The translations under genes were made by a program, and so were the position numbers. The notes under the pieces are model-generated. The model worked only from the letters and a program-made list of their open reading frames with translations. It was not told the DNA's origin and ran no database searches. DNA of 61,511 bases, counting the filler, from Sphacelaria rigidula (taxonomy: Eukaryota), in assembly GCA_964200075.2 (NCBI GenBank). It is 4 parts of 4 records of this genome, joined end to end, with 100 filler letters (N's around TTAATTAATTAA, not from the genome) between each part and the next. Parts side by side here need not be neighbours in the genome. Positions count along the whole stretch, not along the records: positions 15,407 to 30,708 come from CAXNAA020001809.1; positions 30,809 to 46,110 come from CAXNAA020001810.1; 2 more parts are not named here. One strand, written 5' to 3'. Shown here in pieces: positions 25,798 through 37,462 of the stretch; within the stretch, counting starts at the first letter, position 1; the number at the start of each line of letters is the position of its first letter.

Positions 25798-25870
25798 CGC
25801 ACTTTGAACCCCTCCCTTTCCTCGGGATGAGTCCGTGGTCTCAAGGGATCAACCCATCTCTCCCCCGATT
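25798..25870 (+). repeat. Dispersed repeat (copies at about 46580-46700 + and 54310-54460 -)
   Basis: Shared CCTCGGGAYGAGTC.G..GTCTCAAGGGA..GCCCA.CTCT. Confidence 0.6.
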
Positions 25871-25962
25871 CAATTGAATCAAAGCAAATGGAAAATAAGC
25901 ACAGACATCAAGAACTGGGCAGAGAACGTCGAAGGGGAGATGTAAGCAGATAACCACATAAC

Positions 25963-26649
25963 CACTACGAAAGAAGAAAGTAACCGTGATCGTTAGGGAT
26001 GCTAAACGGAGGGGTGTGAGCCCCCGAAAAGTGTCCGGGTGTCCGGGCTGTTCGACCACACGTCACCGCCCAGAGGCCACTCTTAACGGAGGATCCTGAG
26101 AAATGGGGTTGAACAATAAAATGAGGTTCAACTTCAGAAGAATGCTTTCCCGACCTAAACTAATGACATATGACTTCCACATAAACGACATAGCCCCCCC
26201 CCCCCCCCCCCCTCCCCCCCCGAATCTCCCTTACGGCGAGTTTCGAGGCTTCCGTCCTCCGACGGGGTATGGCTGTGCAAACGAATCATCATCGGGCGAA
26301 AATGCGTCCCCCTTTTCACCCCAAAATTGAGGCAAAAATGTGTTTTCGCACATGCCCTCTGCGGGAACGGAAGGCTAGAAATCCCCAAAACAATTCAGGG
26401 AGATCGGAGGGGATGAGGTCGTCCATATATGAAAGTAATATGTCACTACTTCAGGTCAGCAAAGCACTGATTGGAGTTGAAAGTCATTTTGATGTTCAAT
26501 TTGGTTCAACTCCATTCCTCAGGATCCTCTGTAAAGAGTGGTATATGGTCGGTGAGGTATCGTCGAACAGCCCGGACACCCTTCGAGGGATAACACCCCG
26601 CTCCGTTTAGCATCCCTAACGGTCACGCCTACTTTCTTCTTTCGTAGTG
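25963..26649. mobile_element. Long-TIR element with CACTAC termini
   Basis: CACTACGAAAGAAGAAAGTA..CGTGA.CGTTAGGGATGCTAAACGGAG is mirrored at about 26600-26649, and inverted similarity extends about 200 bp. No clear TSD. Confidence 0.7.
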
Positions 26650-27519
26650 CTTACGTAAGTGCAGAGTCAGTGTGTGTGCTGTTTGTTTTTGCTGGATATA
26701 ACGGCAAGATACATTCAGCATGCCATCGCTCTCACTGAACACAGTCTACTGCATGCTGTTGTGCCTCTGCTTAGTGGGAAACTCCGTATGTCCGTGGATT
26801 GTCAGCCCATGAAACTGTTCCGAGGCGGCGCTCGATGTCTAAACGTTTTTGTGACGCCCCTCAGTATTCAGACGCTACACATACACCTCCACAACGCTGG
26901 CACATCCCGGGGTTGAACGTTTTTCTTCAATTGTCTTTCAAGCTTACCTCATAACCTGTAGGACTGAGAAAAATTCCGGTGTGTGGGGGGATTGCTGGAG
27001 GTATCTCAAATTCGGGGTTCCCGGTATATTTGACTGCAAATTACTGTGAAACATCCCGCGAACCTCGAGTTTGAGAACCCCCCCCGCTGCTAATAACTCG
27101 TATCGCACACATCGCCGAGGATCACAGATTTTTTATACTCATCTTTTTTTCTTATTTCGTTATGGGCACAGAAGTGTGCGCGGTATGCACGTGGTGCAGA
27201 TAAGCGGGGATGGTGGTGAGCAAGTCAGTGTGTTGTATATCTATCCTTATTTATATCTGCAGAGATGGAATTTTCCGCAGAGCTGCGCGTGTAGGACTTG
27301 AACCTGCCACAGAAACATGGCTCAGTTTCATCCACCGTCCCCTGTTCGCACTGACGATGGACGCCAGTTTACCTTAGAGAAGGGGCATATGTAGGTGCGC
27401 CAGCCCGGGCCACACAGGAGTAACGCCAACCCCGGAGTTCTCCATTTTGCTTTCAGTACCCCACCTTCCTTTTGCGATGGGCATCGGTGCATTTGGTATC
27501 AGTCAGTCGGTGAGCAGTG

Positions 27520-27890
27520 GTGTGTGTGCGTTTGTGTGTTGTCATCCCATCTATTCTGGACGCCAGCAGTCTACAACTCATTCCGGTATGTATGTGGGCA
27601 CATCAGCCGGGGGGTCACACAGGAGGACGGCAAACATAAGTTTTTTTTTTTTCTAGTACTTTATCATCTTTCTGCGGTGCTCACCTTATTTTTTATCGCG
27701 AGAGGGGTTCAGCAATCTGTTTCCCTCGTCGACCCTAGAGTCGAATTTGTGTGTACCTACGACATAGTCGCTCTCCACTGTTGTTGGGCGTTGGGCGAGA
27801 AAAAATCCCAGATCGTGTGACTGCACCGAGATTCGAACCCACGACTGAACCATCAGAAGATTCCGAGGTTACCAACTGAGCCACGGGGGC
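27520..27890 (-). mobile_element. tRNA-derived SINE
   Basis: Reverse-complement copy (GGTTACCAACTGAGCCAC, TTCGAACCCACGA). An extra 3' fragment lies at about 27385-27480. Confidence 0.75.
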
Positions 27891-28134
27891 AAATGACTCG
27901 CAGAATTAAGAATCCACGCCCTGGACAATGCATTACAATGTCAAGTAGTTCACGGCGTATAGTGTTGACCAATGCGTCTTCAATAAATACACAAGCAAAG
28001 CAAAACGCTCATGTTGGGAAGGGGCGGTGCCACTGACGTTTGTGTTTGTGGGCTGCCAACATGCCAACGTTTATTCGCAATTGTCTTTATTTGAGTGTGC
28101 TTGCAGTATCAATTGTTCCAGTACAGATGTTTGT

Positions 28135-28376
28135 CTGCAGTTATGATGATTTGAAAGTGCCGAAGAGTATATATGAATCTGTGACGAACAGCCCTTGCCG
28201 GTCCACCGCTCTTTGATGGGGTACAGTATGAGTACACACACACACACACACACACCGCAGTTATTTTGATTTGAAAGTTCCGAAGAGTATATATGCATCT
28301 GTGAAGAACTGCCCTTGCCGGTCCATCGCTCTTGGATGGGGTATAAGTACACACATACACAAACACACACACACAC
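28135..28376. repeat. Tandem duplication of about 120 bp, each copy ending in (CA)n
   Basis: GATTTGAAAGT.CCGAAGAGTATATATG.ATCTGTGA occurs at about 28148 and 28268. Confidence 0.8.
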
Positions 28377-28737
28377 GCTCAAACGCACGCACAAGCGAGT
28401 GACCACCACCCAGCAGGAGTAACAGCAGCAGTGATGTATCATGGACACGGTCACCGCTGAAGCCATTGACCGGGTGTTGTAGACAGCTATCCAACATTAC
28501 GTTCCTGTGTTAGCTATCCAACGTTACGCTGAACACATCCTACAAATCCACCGCAGGATACGCGTCAACACTTCTTATTCGCTTGTCAAACTCCATGCGA
28601 AGCTGCTGCAGCAGCCGGTGCTCGCAGGCACCGTCTGTGCTGTCACGAGACTGTCTGGTGCTGATATTGCAAAAATACCAAACGCCTGTTGCCCGGGCAT
28701 CACTGTCTGTACGACAACATGCGTACATCAGTTGCTA

Positions 28738-28887
28738 CAGATTCAGGGGACCTCGATTTTCGACGGATCTGCGCTCAGATTCGTGTAAAACCGTTCTCAA
28801 ATCATGACGAACGCATCTGAGCCTCCCCGATTTGGCCGAAGTTGGGGTCCGTACAATGCGTTTCCGAATCTGAGGTCCCCTGATCTG
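28738..28887. mobile_element. Short MITE
   Basis: CAGATTCAGGGGACCTC / GAGGTCCCCTGATCTG inverted ends. Confidence 0.6.
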
Positions 28888-30039
28888 CGTACACATCCGT
28901 TTTCGCGACTGCCATACAAATTGTTTGTTCTACATATATGTTGTTGTTGTTGTTGTTGTTGTTGTTAAAAACCGTTCCGATATCTGCGCGGTACATTCGT
29001 ACCGGGCATCTGATGCGGACGCCTTCCGTGGTCACATATATGCAGAGACGGTAAAGTTTGTCAACTTCGTTCAAGGCTTCGAAATCCGTACATGCTGCAG
29101 ACACTACATTTTTTGTATTATTGAAGATCGCTTCCCGATGGAAACGGGAGAGAACGTAACAGTGGCGTACTCGTACCCGAAGCGATGATGAAACATTATG
29201 GAATATGCAGTACACAATCGCCCGCGGTAGAGGGATAGCTACACCACGCCACGCCACAAGCCAAGTGTGTAGTGTCGATAAGTGGTGACACATGAAGAGG
29301 AGAATGAGCGATAATGTAGACGCAGGAAGGCGGGCACCGGTCTGGACTGTAGTGAGGGGACACACCTCCAAGCGCTGATAGCGGCGAGGGGGGCGATGGA
29401 TTTGTGACAAAAAAACAGGTGTTCGGTGAATACCGCCCTCGACAGTAAAGAGAATCGCACTCATCTTGGGACAGTCGGGTGCAAGCCCGGAGGAGTAAGC
29501 GGGCATTGTGTGAGGTATAAATAATCGGTGGGCAATCGGTGAGCAATGTGTACACACATAGCAAAATCGGCTCCAACCGGTGAGTAGTTTTGTGCTGGAT
29601 TGGCGGCCTGTTCAGTTAGTGTAACATGAGTGCATACGCAGTCTGAGTGGCACTGTCGCGCATCACATCGCGCGCGCAGCACACGACACGGCACGCACAC
29701 GGACAGCGAAACGAACCAAACACACAGAAGGACGAATCAAGATAAGCAGGCAGGCAACCCGGCTACCGTCGGAAAATATCCTGTTATTCATAGATGATCG
29801 TTCCATAATTGATTATCAAAACACTCTCCGTTCTGTCAGAGAGAAGGTGTCGTTGTAGACCGTTGTTGTCGGTGTAAAGTCCCTCCGCTCTTATCTTGAT
29901 TTTATACTGCACAAATTTGTGTGTGTGTACTCTCGCCGTCGGAAAAGATAATTTTTATGCATGGGTTATTGTTCCATAAATGACTGAGGGTGCAACATCG
30001 CTTTGTTGGATTCCAGCGCTTGCAAAAAGAAGACGTGAT

Positions 30040-30540
30040 CCAGGAAACGTGAGCTGCGCCGTGGAAGTAGAGTGCTATTGTCTGTGCTTTTTCGTGCATG
30101 CAGAAGAAAGCGTGAAGACAGGAGCTGTGGGTGTGATAGTCGGGCTTTGTCCGCAAACAATATGTATATGTCGGGCAGTATATCTTCTGATGCGTCAGTG
30201 CTTCTTCAATTTTCGAAACAGATCGGGTATCAGCATACGTGGTACTACTCCATGTTTCGCATGAAAGTTCAGTGTTGGATATTTCCTTGGCCGTGTACCC
30301 ACCAACAGTATATCTCACGGCCGGGAAATGTGAGCTGCGCCGTGAAGGTACAGTGCTATTGTCCGCGCCTTTTCGTGCAGTAAAGCGTGAAGACAGTACC
30401 TGTGGGTGTGATTGTCGGGCTCTGCCCGCGAACAGTATATGTAACGGACAGCAGTGAAATGCGCCAGTTCTTGTTCAATTTTTCAAAACCTTTTTTTTTC
30501 AAAACAAATCGGGTATCGGCATATGTGATGCTGTTCTGTG
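30040..30540 (+). repeat. Two tandem copies of a ~200-bp repeat (related fragment at about 23700-23830)
   Basis: GGAAAYGTGAGCTGCGCCGTG...AAAGCGTGAAGACAG...CTGTGGGTGTGAT at about 30043 and 30325. Confidence 0.7.
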
Positions 30541-30708
30541 GAAGAACAGTTGCACTCTGGCCATACTTGGGCGTGATTGGGCTTGGGGAAGTGTAAATTA
30601 GTGTTCCGAGAAGGATCACACGCTTACTTGATTACAGTATCGAGCGGCGGATCATTTTGGCTAATAATATATAGCATAATAAAATAATGATGATGATGAT
30701 GATAATAA

Positions 30709-30808
30709 NNNNNNNNNNNNNNNNNNNNNNNNNNNNNNNNNNNNNNNNNNNNTTAATTAATTAANNNNNNNNNNNNNNNNNNNNNNNNNNNNNNNNNNNN
30801 NNNNNNNN
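30709..30808. other. Artificial contig linker
   Basis: N44-TTAATTAATTAA-N44. Confidence 0.98.
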
Positions 30809-31033
30809 ATGCAACGAGTGAAAAAACATTTCTCTTCGATCGAAAATATGCAGTTGAAAGGCACGAAGCGGCACTTGACTGTTATCTTACAGACCACCAC
30901 GCCAAATAACACCCATTCACAGGAGCGTGCAAACTCCATCCAACTCATTCTCAGCTACCACCGCAACCCTGCAGCATAGAGCACGAGTTGAGCACAGGGA
31001 TAGATACACGAAAGTAGTTGGGTAGTGCGTTGT

Positions 31034-31189
31034 TTATTCTTTGTTGGCGAAAATTTGGGCGTCTTCTCTCATGGTACTCATCAGAGATGGAACTGCGTGC
31101 GGTATGGTGGGCAACCGAGTTGCGTGCACGCTCATGGACAGTGCAGGCAGTACAAAGCTGCGCATTGCTGAAGTTATTTCCAAGTCGCA
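31034..31189 (-). CDS. Possible downstream exon of the 33936 gene
   Basis: Acceptor ttctctctgcttacAG. The phase-0 reading CDLEITSAMRSFVLPALSMSVHATRLPTIPHAVPSLMSTMREDAQIFANKE* is compatible with exon 1. No homology recognised. Confidence 0.25.
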   Translation of the reverse strand, partial: CDLEITSAMRSFVLPALSMSVHATRLPTIPHAVPSLMSTMREDAQIFANKE

Positions 31190-32321
31190 CTGTAAGCAGA
31201 GAGAACGGATAGTCTTGGGCTGTCTGCACTGCACGTTGTCCGCTTCCCTTCATTTTCTCCTGCACGAAACACACACCCGCACTCAAGACACCCTACTCGC
31301 AAGCAGTGCAAACAGTACAGATCATGTACCGTTTCACGAATTTCACTGTCGTTTTTCGATCGAAAGCTTGAAAATCCATCCGGACCCAACTGCATCAAAA
31401 CGAGAATTTTTCGCTCCGATCGGTTCCACCGCATCATTTTTTCGATCGAAGAGAAAAGTGCCAAGACAGGCCCTTAGAACATGACTTTTCAATCGAAAAT
31501 GTGCTGTGCAAAACAAAAATCCGTATCTGCCAGGTCGTTAATTCAATCATCGATAAAATCACGGTCTACCAGATGGCGGTTTTTGATTGGGCGATGGCCG
31601 AGAAAATGTAGACCTTCTCGTTTCTTGCCCAAGAAAGGTATGGAAAATGGCCAGAAACGTGAAAACAGCAGAAAACACGCTGTTTTGACCGTATTCGCTC
31701 CGAATTTTGTACGCACGTTACCAGGGGGGAGCATTGGCACCCAAGCCTCCAAAAAAAAGCAGGAAAAACATGTTACTCGCGAGATATGGCCACGCGAATA
31801 CCGACGTTTCACCTCCAAAAACCGTAGCTCGACAAATATCGCCCAGGTGTACCTGGTCTAGGAATTATTTTTCAATCGTACCTTTTCTGGGCCACAGATC
31901 GGCCGAGAACGTACCTGTGCTAGGTCATCGCTCTCTACACCGTGCCTGATGCGGCACATCTGTCTACGCGCCAATTCCAACCATGGCGCCCACACATTCA
32001 GCTCTTTTCCCGCTCATTTGCCGGGCACGGACGCCACAACAACCATGCCCCTCTCTCCCGGGAAATGGTTCCCGAGTCTCTCCGCATAGACACAAAAACA
32101 GGACTCACAACTCACAGCGCGTCGTTTTTTTGTGATCCCGGGGTTTGTGGTTTGTAAAACATCGTGCCGTTGCGATCTCGGGGTTGGTGTCAGGGTCGAG
32201 GTAGGTTCTTCTGTCACCAACGGGCGGTTGTCGCATCATCGATTATTGGTTCAAGCAACGGATACATACAGTAGTGGCCGTCACGCATATAGAAACAGGG
32301 ACAGAACAGCTTTCCGGTTAA

Positions 32322-32419
32322 CCCTTAGACCGCGAGATTAGTCTTTCTGGACCATGCATACTTTTTTTCACTTGAAATTGATGCCGATTCAACGGAAGAC
32401 TAACCTCGCGGTCTGAGGG
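32322..32419. mobile_element. piggyBac-like MITE, 98 bp (second copy at 32582-32684)
   Basis: TTAA|CCCTTAGACCGCGAGATTAGTCTT...AAGACTAACCTCGCGGTCTGAGGG|TTAG, TIR 22/24. Second copy TTAA|CCC...GGG|TCAA. Confidence 0.65.
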
Positions 32420-33576
32420 TTAGGCACCACAAGCAGGGCTTTGAGGACAGAAAAATCTTCTTTGCCGCAAGCTGGCGGGTACAGGGGACTGTCAGTTTCA
32501 AAAATATCCAATTTCTGTGCTCCACACTGAAACCAAGCGTTTTTTTTGCAACCATGAAACTTGCCTTCAACCTCGCGTTAACCCTTAGACCTCGAGGGTA
32601 GTACACGTGGATCATGCATCCTTGTTTCGAGTGAAATTGAAGTCGATTCATCAGATGATCTATAATAGCATCGCTGTCTGAGGGTCAACTACTGGTATGA
32701 CGAGTTATAGAAGATACGGCGTGGGCCCAAACGGCTTGATCATGAAATTTCTGTATGTCCATTTTTTTCGGGTGGGGAATGGGACAAGCACTGATGCGAA
32801 GGTTCCAAGCGTGATCACACCGTGTGTGAACGGACCTGGAAAGCCGCGAGTTTGGGTTGGAGGCCAGCTGCACGAAATGAACTGTGAGCGCGGCAAACCA
32901 CGCAGTTGTTTTGAACGAATCCATTTCATCTGGGAAAAAAACCGACGTAGTGATATCATGCAATCTGAGAACGTTCAATTTCCATCTTCAAGGTGTGAGC
33001 GAATCTCATATTTCGATTGAGATTCGTGAGATCTGTAAGCGTCCAAGCGACCTCTCGACGAGACTGTCGGCATACATCTTGTCCGGTCGACTGGAGGAGG
33101 AGTGACTCCTGGCGGTGCTCATTGGTCTAAATTCCCCCCAAAAAACAAGTCGTTTCTTTGAAAGGGCGCGCGGGTAGCAAAATAATGACATTTTGCGGGG
33201 GAGGGGAGGGAGGCACTGGGCAGGAGGGCAGAGAGCGTCCCAATATCTGTGGATAAACACGCCCAATTGTGGACACAAGACAGCTCAACTAGCGCGACTG
33301 TAAAGACAAAGTTTATGAGAGACGAGTGTCATGAGGCACTCGTGTAGAATCCAAGCACTGCTTTTGCTGTGTAATCCACGGGGTCGTCATGAATAATTTT
33401 GTTCCGAGACGAGGCTTACCACAAAGGGGGTAAAAAAGCGTGGTTATTAATCCATCAAAACATGAATGCATCCCCACAGACACACAGTTTTCTCTCTGTC
33501 TCCACTTGGAATAAAAACAATCGCCCCTGGCATACTTAAAAAAAAAAACACATACACACAAGGAAATATTTCGTAC

Positions 33577-33936
33577 CGTTTCTTCGATGGGTGTCGCGGG
33601 TGGAGTCGAGGTAGGGGGATCATCGGCAAGAGCATCGGCGACAGGAGACGATGCGGCAACCTCATCCGCAGTCCCCGCGGCCGTGACAGCATCAGTAACA
33701 GCTGCACCAGCCGTACCTGCAGCTGCTGTTGCTGCCGTCACAACTTCTGCCGCCTTGCTCACTACCGCCGCCGGCATTTCTGCCCCGTTACTCCCCGAGG
33801 TTTTTGCCTTCTTCGAACCATCACCAATCGTTGTTGGTGGTTCGGAGGTCGGGACCGAGCGATCTGATGCGTCGGCATTTTTCTTGTTCTTCGAACCCCT
33901 TCGCTTTTTAGAATTGCTACTTCTCTTGCTCGGCAT
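33577..33936 (-). CDS. First coding exon (120 codons) of an unidentified protein with a basic N-terminus and Ala/Thr-rich low-complexity region
   Basis: ATG at 33936, MPSKRSSNSKKRRGSKNKKNADASD...PPATPIEET, donor ACG|GTACGA at 33576. GC-rich, coding-like codon pattern. Confidence 0.7.
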
Positions 33937-35480
33937 CTCGTTTTCCTTCCCTCAAGCTCTCGGGGTCTATCTTCTCGAGCGCGCGCCGTCTCCGCGTTTC
34001 TCTCGCTTCACCCTTTCAATTATAACCCCGCGCGGTATCCAAAATCTCGCCCGTTCACTCCTAAAGACAGGAAAACGATCGTGTTCGTGTTTTGGTCATC
34101 GAGAGCGTGCGTTGGGGATCGGGGGAGCACGGAACGCGGTCGGATCGGGTCGAGTCGCATGTGATTTGAGTCACGATATGAAGTACAGTATGAACATGAA
34201 GGAAAAAAAAAGGGGGGGGTGAAGACGTGAGTGGAGATAAACACAGACACAGGGCAGAAGAATTAGCCGGAGTTGAGCTAAAATATAATATTACTTGATT
34301 AGAGTGTATACAACTAGGATCGGATCTTCAGGGGGGCCTGACAGTCCCGTATGCTTCTATTTATATTATGATGGCGTGCACAGTACGCGTTCTTCAAGTC
34401 AGCGCAAGGTCTTCCAACACACACCTTGCCTCGGGAATCCTATGCACCTTCCTTGCCCGAGGGTTCTCGGTATGCCTTGGGTTGGAGTTACGTTTAGTGA
34501 TAGCTGTAAAATGTGTCAACCATGGACAGAATGTAGCTCAAAACTCTGGTTAACCCACCTCACACGAGAAGGAGTTCTATGAGGGGGTTAGTGACACGAA
34601 AATTACGGTTATGGCCTTGTGGAAATAACCGGTGGCTGGTATGTATTTTTTGTACAACTTCCATACCGTACCCGACAGGTTCCGTACGTTCTGCAAGACT
34701 TCCACACCGGTACCCGACAGGTCTTGAAGTTCTGTAAGAAGTCCCATACCATATACCCGTGCCCTAGAATAAGGAGTGGAGGGTGCAGCCAGACCGTAGG
34801 CAACGCTTCAAGTGTGCCTACACCGGTACAGACCTCCGCCAATGTTTCATATACTTGACTACGCCTCGTCTGCGCATACACCGTAGGTAATGCCTTACAC
34901 ACACCGTAGACAACGCTTCAAGTGTGCCTACACGGGTACAAACCCCCGCCGACGTTCCAGCGGAGAGAGTGGAGAAATAGGGGTTGTCCTTGATAAATGA
35001 TGACCACAGTAGACATGCGGGAAGGGGGGGATCATACAGTCAGCTTTTGGAGCTATGGCACCGAGGGCAACTATTGTGAGTGATAGATGACTTCACGAAA
35101 TTTTGGAAAAACAAACGTTGGCGAGGCAGCCCTCTACGGCGGGTTCGTTCGCAAGTACAAGATATATTTTTGTACTTGCTCTCTTCAAGAGAAATAAAAA
35201 ACTGTGAAAAGCTTCTCGCGCGTCCTCCAGTCCGGCCACCGTTTCAAAGGAGGAGGGTTGCAGTGGTGAACACTGCACCGTCTGTACACATAGCATCCCG
35301 CCAGAGATCTTGCTCATCCTCAAAAATTATCAACCCGCAATTTGTGAACTCTCGTGTTCATCACCGATGAATTCCGACCTCCGATCATTCTCGTACAAAA
35401 AGTGTTCCCATTCGGCAGAATTCTCTCAACACGGGATTTTACAAAATGCGAAAATACTTGTTTTCAATATTGAGCGAGCC

Positions 35481-35486
35481 CACACA

Positions 35487-35539
<53 letters not shown>
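35481..35539. repeat. (CA)n microsatellite
   Basis: Seen directly. Confidence 0.95.
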
Positions 35540-35543
<4 letters not shown>

Positions 35544-36079
35544 CGGCCGGAGAATGCATTTGCGTTCCTTCTTTGAAAATATCTCGATATTTACGAAGGT
35601 TCTCAAGGTCCACTACCTTCAACAACAAAAAATCCATAATCAATTTGAAAAAAAAACGTGTTTCATGCTCATTTCGGTGTCAAGGATTGGATCAGATTTG
35701 TCGCACCCCAACAACTGTCGTTCAAATTTCCCTGCTACAATGCACACCCCCGCGTTTGGGAAAAATAAAGAAGGAAATCAGACACTCTCGAGAAAGAAGC
35801 GCGTGAAAATATTATTTGCTGGAAATCGAGCGCACGGCCACACCCCATCCAGTTACGGAATGTGCCGATTACACTGCAGGAGCGCGACGGCGAAGTACGT
35901 CAGGGTCGTAAGCGGGTGAGTGAGGTCTCAAGAGTCGGACGAAAGATTACTCATCTGAGGAACACCTACTTCAAGTCTAATTGATTCATGCAGTACGAAT
36001 GATTGCTTCGTGCTGCGTGGTCAACCCCGAGGCACGTGGAACAGCGCGCATAAATTGTCTGACGTCGACTCTTGACCTA

Positions 36080-36615
36080 CAGTAGCGGGCGGTCTAACTA
36101 TTGAGGGTTGTTTCAGGCATTTCCTCGCGTACTACTTACTCTTGGATAGGACTCAAAATTGCCAGTGTCAGTAGATTTTGGTACGATGAACGGATCATCC
36201 TCGAAACACAGTGCCCACGTCAGTGCCAGTTGGCGTTATCGGGCGAAACGTGGAAAAGCCTCGTCTATCGGGAGGGTGTTGTTGACCGTGAAGACACAGT
36301 TTTTCGGCCCTAGTGCAATAAGTAGGCAGAGTTTCTGAAAAAAAAATGTACTCGTATTTCTCCACAAACTTGATCGGGACAGGCTCGATCGATCGACGAT
36401 AAAGAAGAGTAAGAATTTGGGCTGAATCGTGGCAGGACCCCCGATGACCGGTCAGCCCGTATGTCACTCAATATTGAGTACATATGTTTTCTTCTTGGAA
36501 TGTGGAGCGGATACAAATATCTTCAAATTCCCCATGTGATGAGCGACGGCAAGCGGAGAGATTCCGCGAAAATCACAAAATGCCATGAAATAACTAGTTA
36601 GAGCGCCCACTACTG
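36080..36615 (+). mobile_element. Tc1/mariner-type MITE, family A
   Basis: TA|CAGTAGCGGGCGGTCTAACTA...TAGTTAGAGCGCCCACTACTG|TA. Shared core ATC.GGAGGGTGTT.TTGACCGT...GCAGGACCCCC. Confidence 0.8.
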
Positions 36616-37277
36616 TACGGTCGACCTTGCTTCCTGTCTCGAGCACCCAGACCTCGAGTGCAATAAAAGCAACGCGACTACGGGCGAGCGTTGGCGTTCA
36701 AACCAGGCACCCGCCGAAAATTGAGGACCTGTATAAAACCAGGCGGTGGACTAAAACATGGGACATGTCCTGTTCCACTATACCGCAGCAAAAACACTCT
36801 CACGCCCTCTCTCATGTGTTGAAGCTGTCACTGTACTGCGGTGTGTTTACGTATTGCGAACACGGTTTGGACTACCTGAGCTGCGATGTTGTCGTGTTCG
36901 TCTCTGCAAACAACAATGTCAGTCAGCACGCAGTGCTGGCTGCACACTGTTGAAAATTTGATGGTGTATCAACTCTTCCGTCTTCCACAAAACAAACAAG
37001 GCGCTACCCGCTACTGCGACTCTCCCGCTGATGCTGTGAGCAGTGTACTGTACGGTACTACGAGCTTGGCCAGAACCAAATCCCGCATTTGCATGTCACA
37101 TCATAGCTCTCATCAAGTTCACTAAATCAGCCCGACTTGAGTATATCTGTGTGACCTGCAGACCAACGTGGTAACGCACGGGATGCCCCAATATCAAGAT
37201 CTTCTCCACACAAGGATGCACAACTACACTAGGGATGCCCCCGTATTCCTTTTCACTGTCACGGAGTTACAGCATTC

Positions 37278-37462
37278 TTCTAGCTTTTGCAGAAACTTTA
37301 AATCGCTCCAACTCTCTGCTTTTTTTTTCTTCTTGGTATCCCCGGGAAGGTAGTGCGTAGTGATAACAAAAATGTCGCGTCAAAATTTCAGCGCGCTTCG
37401 GATTTTATCCACCGCCCGACCCGGATACTTTCGCAAATCACGGTCAGCTGGCCGAGCTCGTA
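37278..37462. repeat. Dispersed repeat, inverted copy at about 44662-44847
   Basis: CCCGGGAAGGT.GTGCGTAGTGA and GCA.ATCAC.GTCAGCTGGCC.AGCTCGTA are mirrored. Confidence 0.7.

Noticed and set aside
28540..28640. Terminal exon of the 33936 gene (DGACEHRLLQQLRMEFDKRIR...)
   Set aside because: It lies across an artificial linker on a different contig and has no independent support.
33587..34222. 211-aa plus-strand ORF
   Set aside because: Antisense shadow of the minus-strand exon 33577-33936.
35880..35915. 36-nt micro-exon (CAG|...|GTGAGT)
   Set aside because: It overlaps a degenerate tRNA/SINE-like head on the minus strand and has no partner exons.
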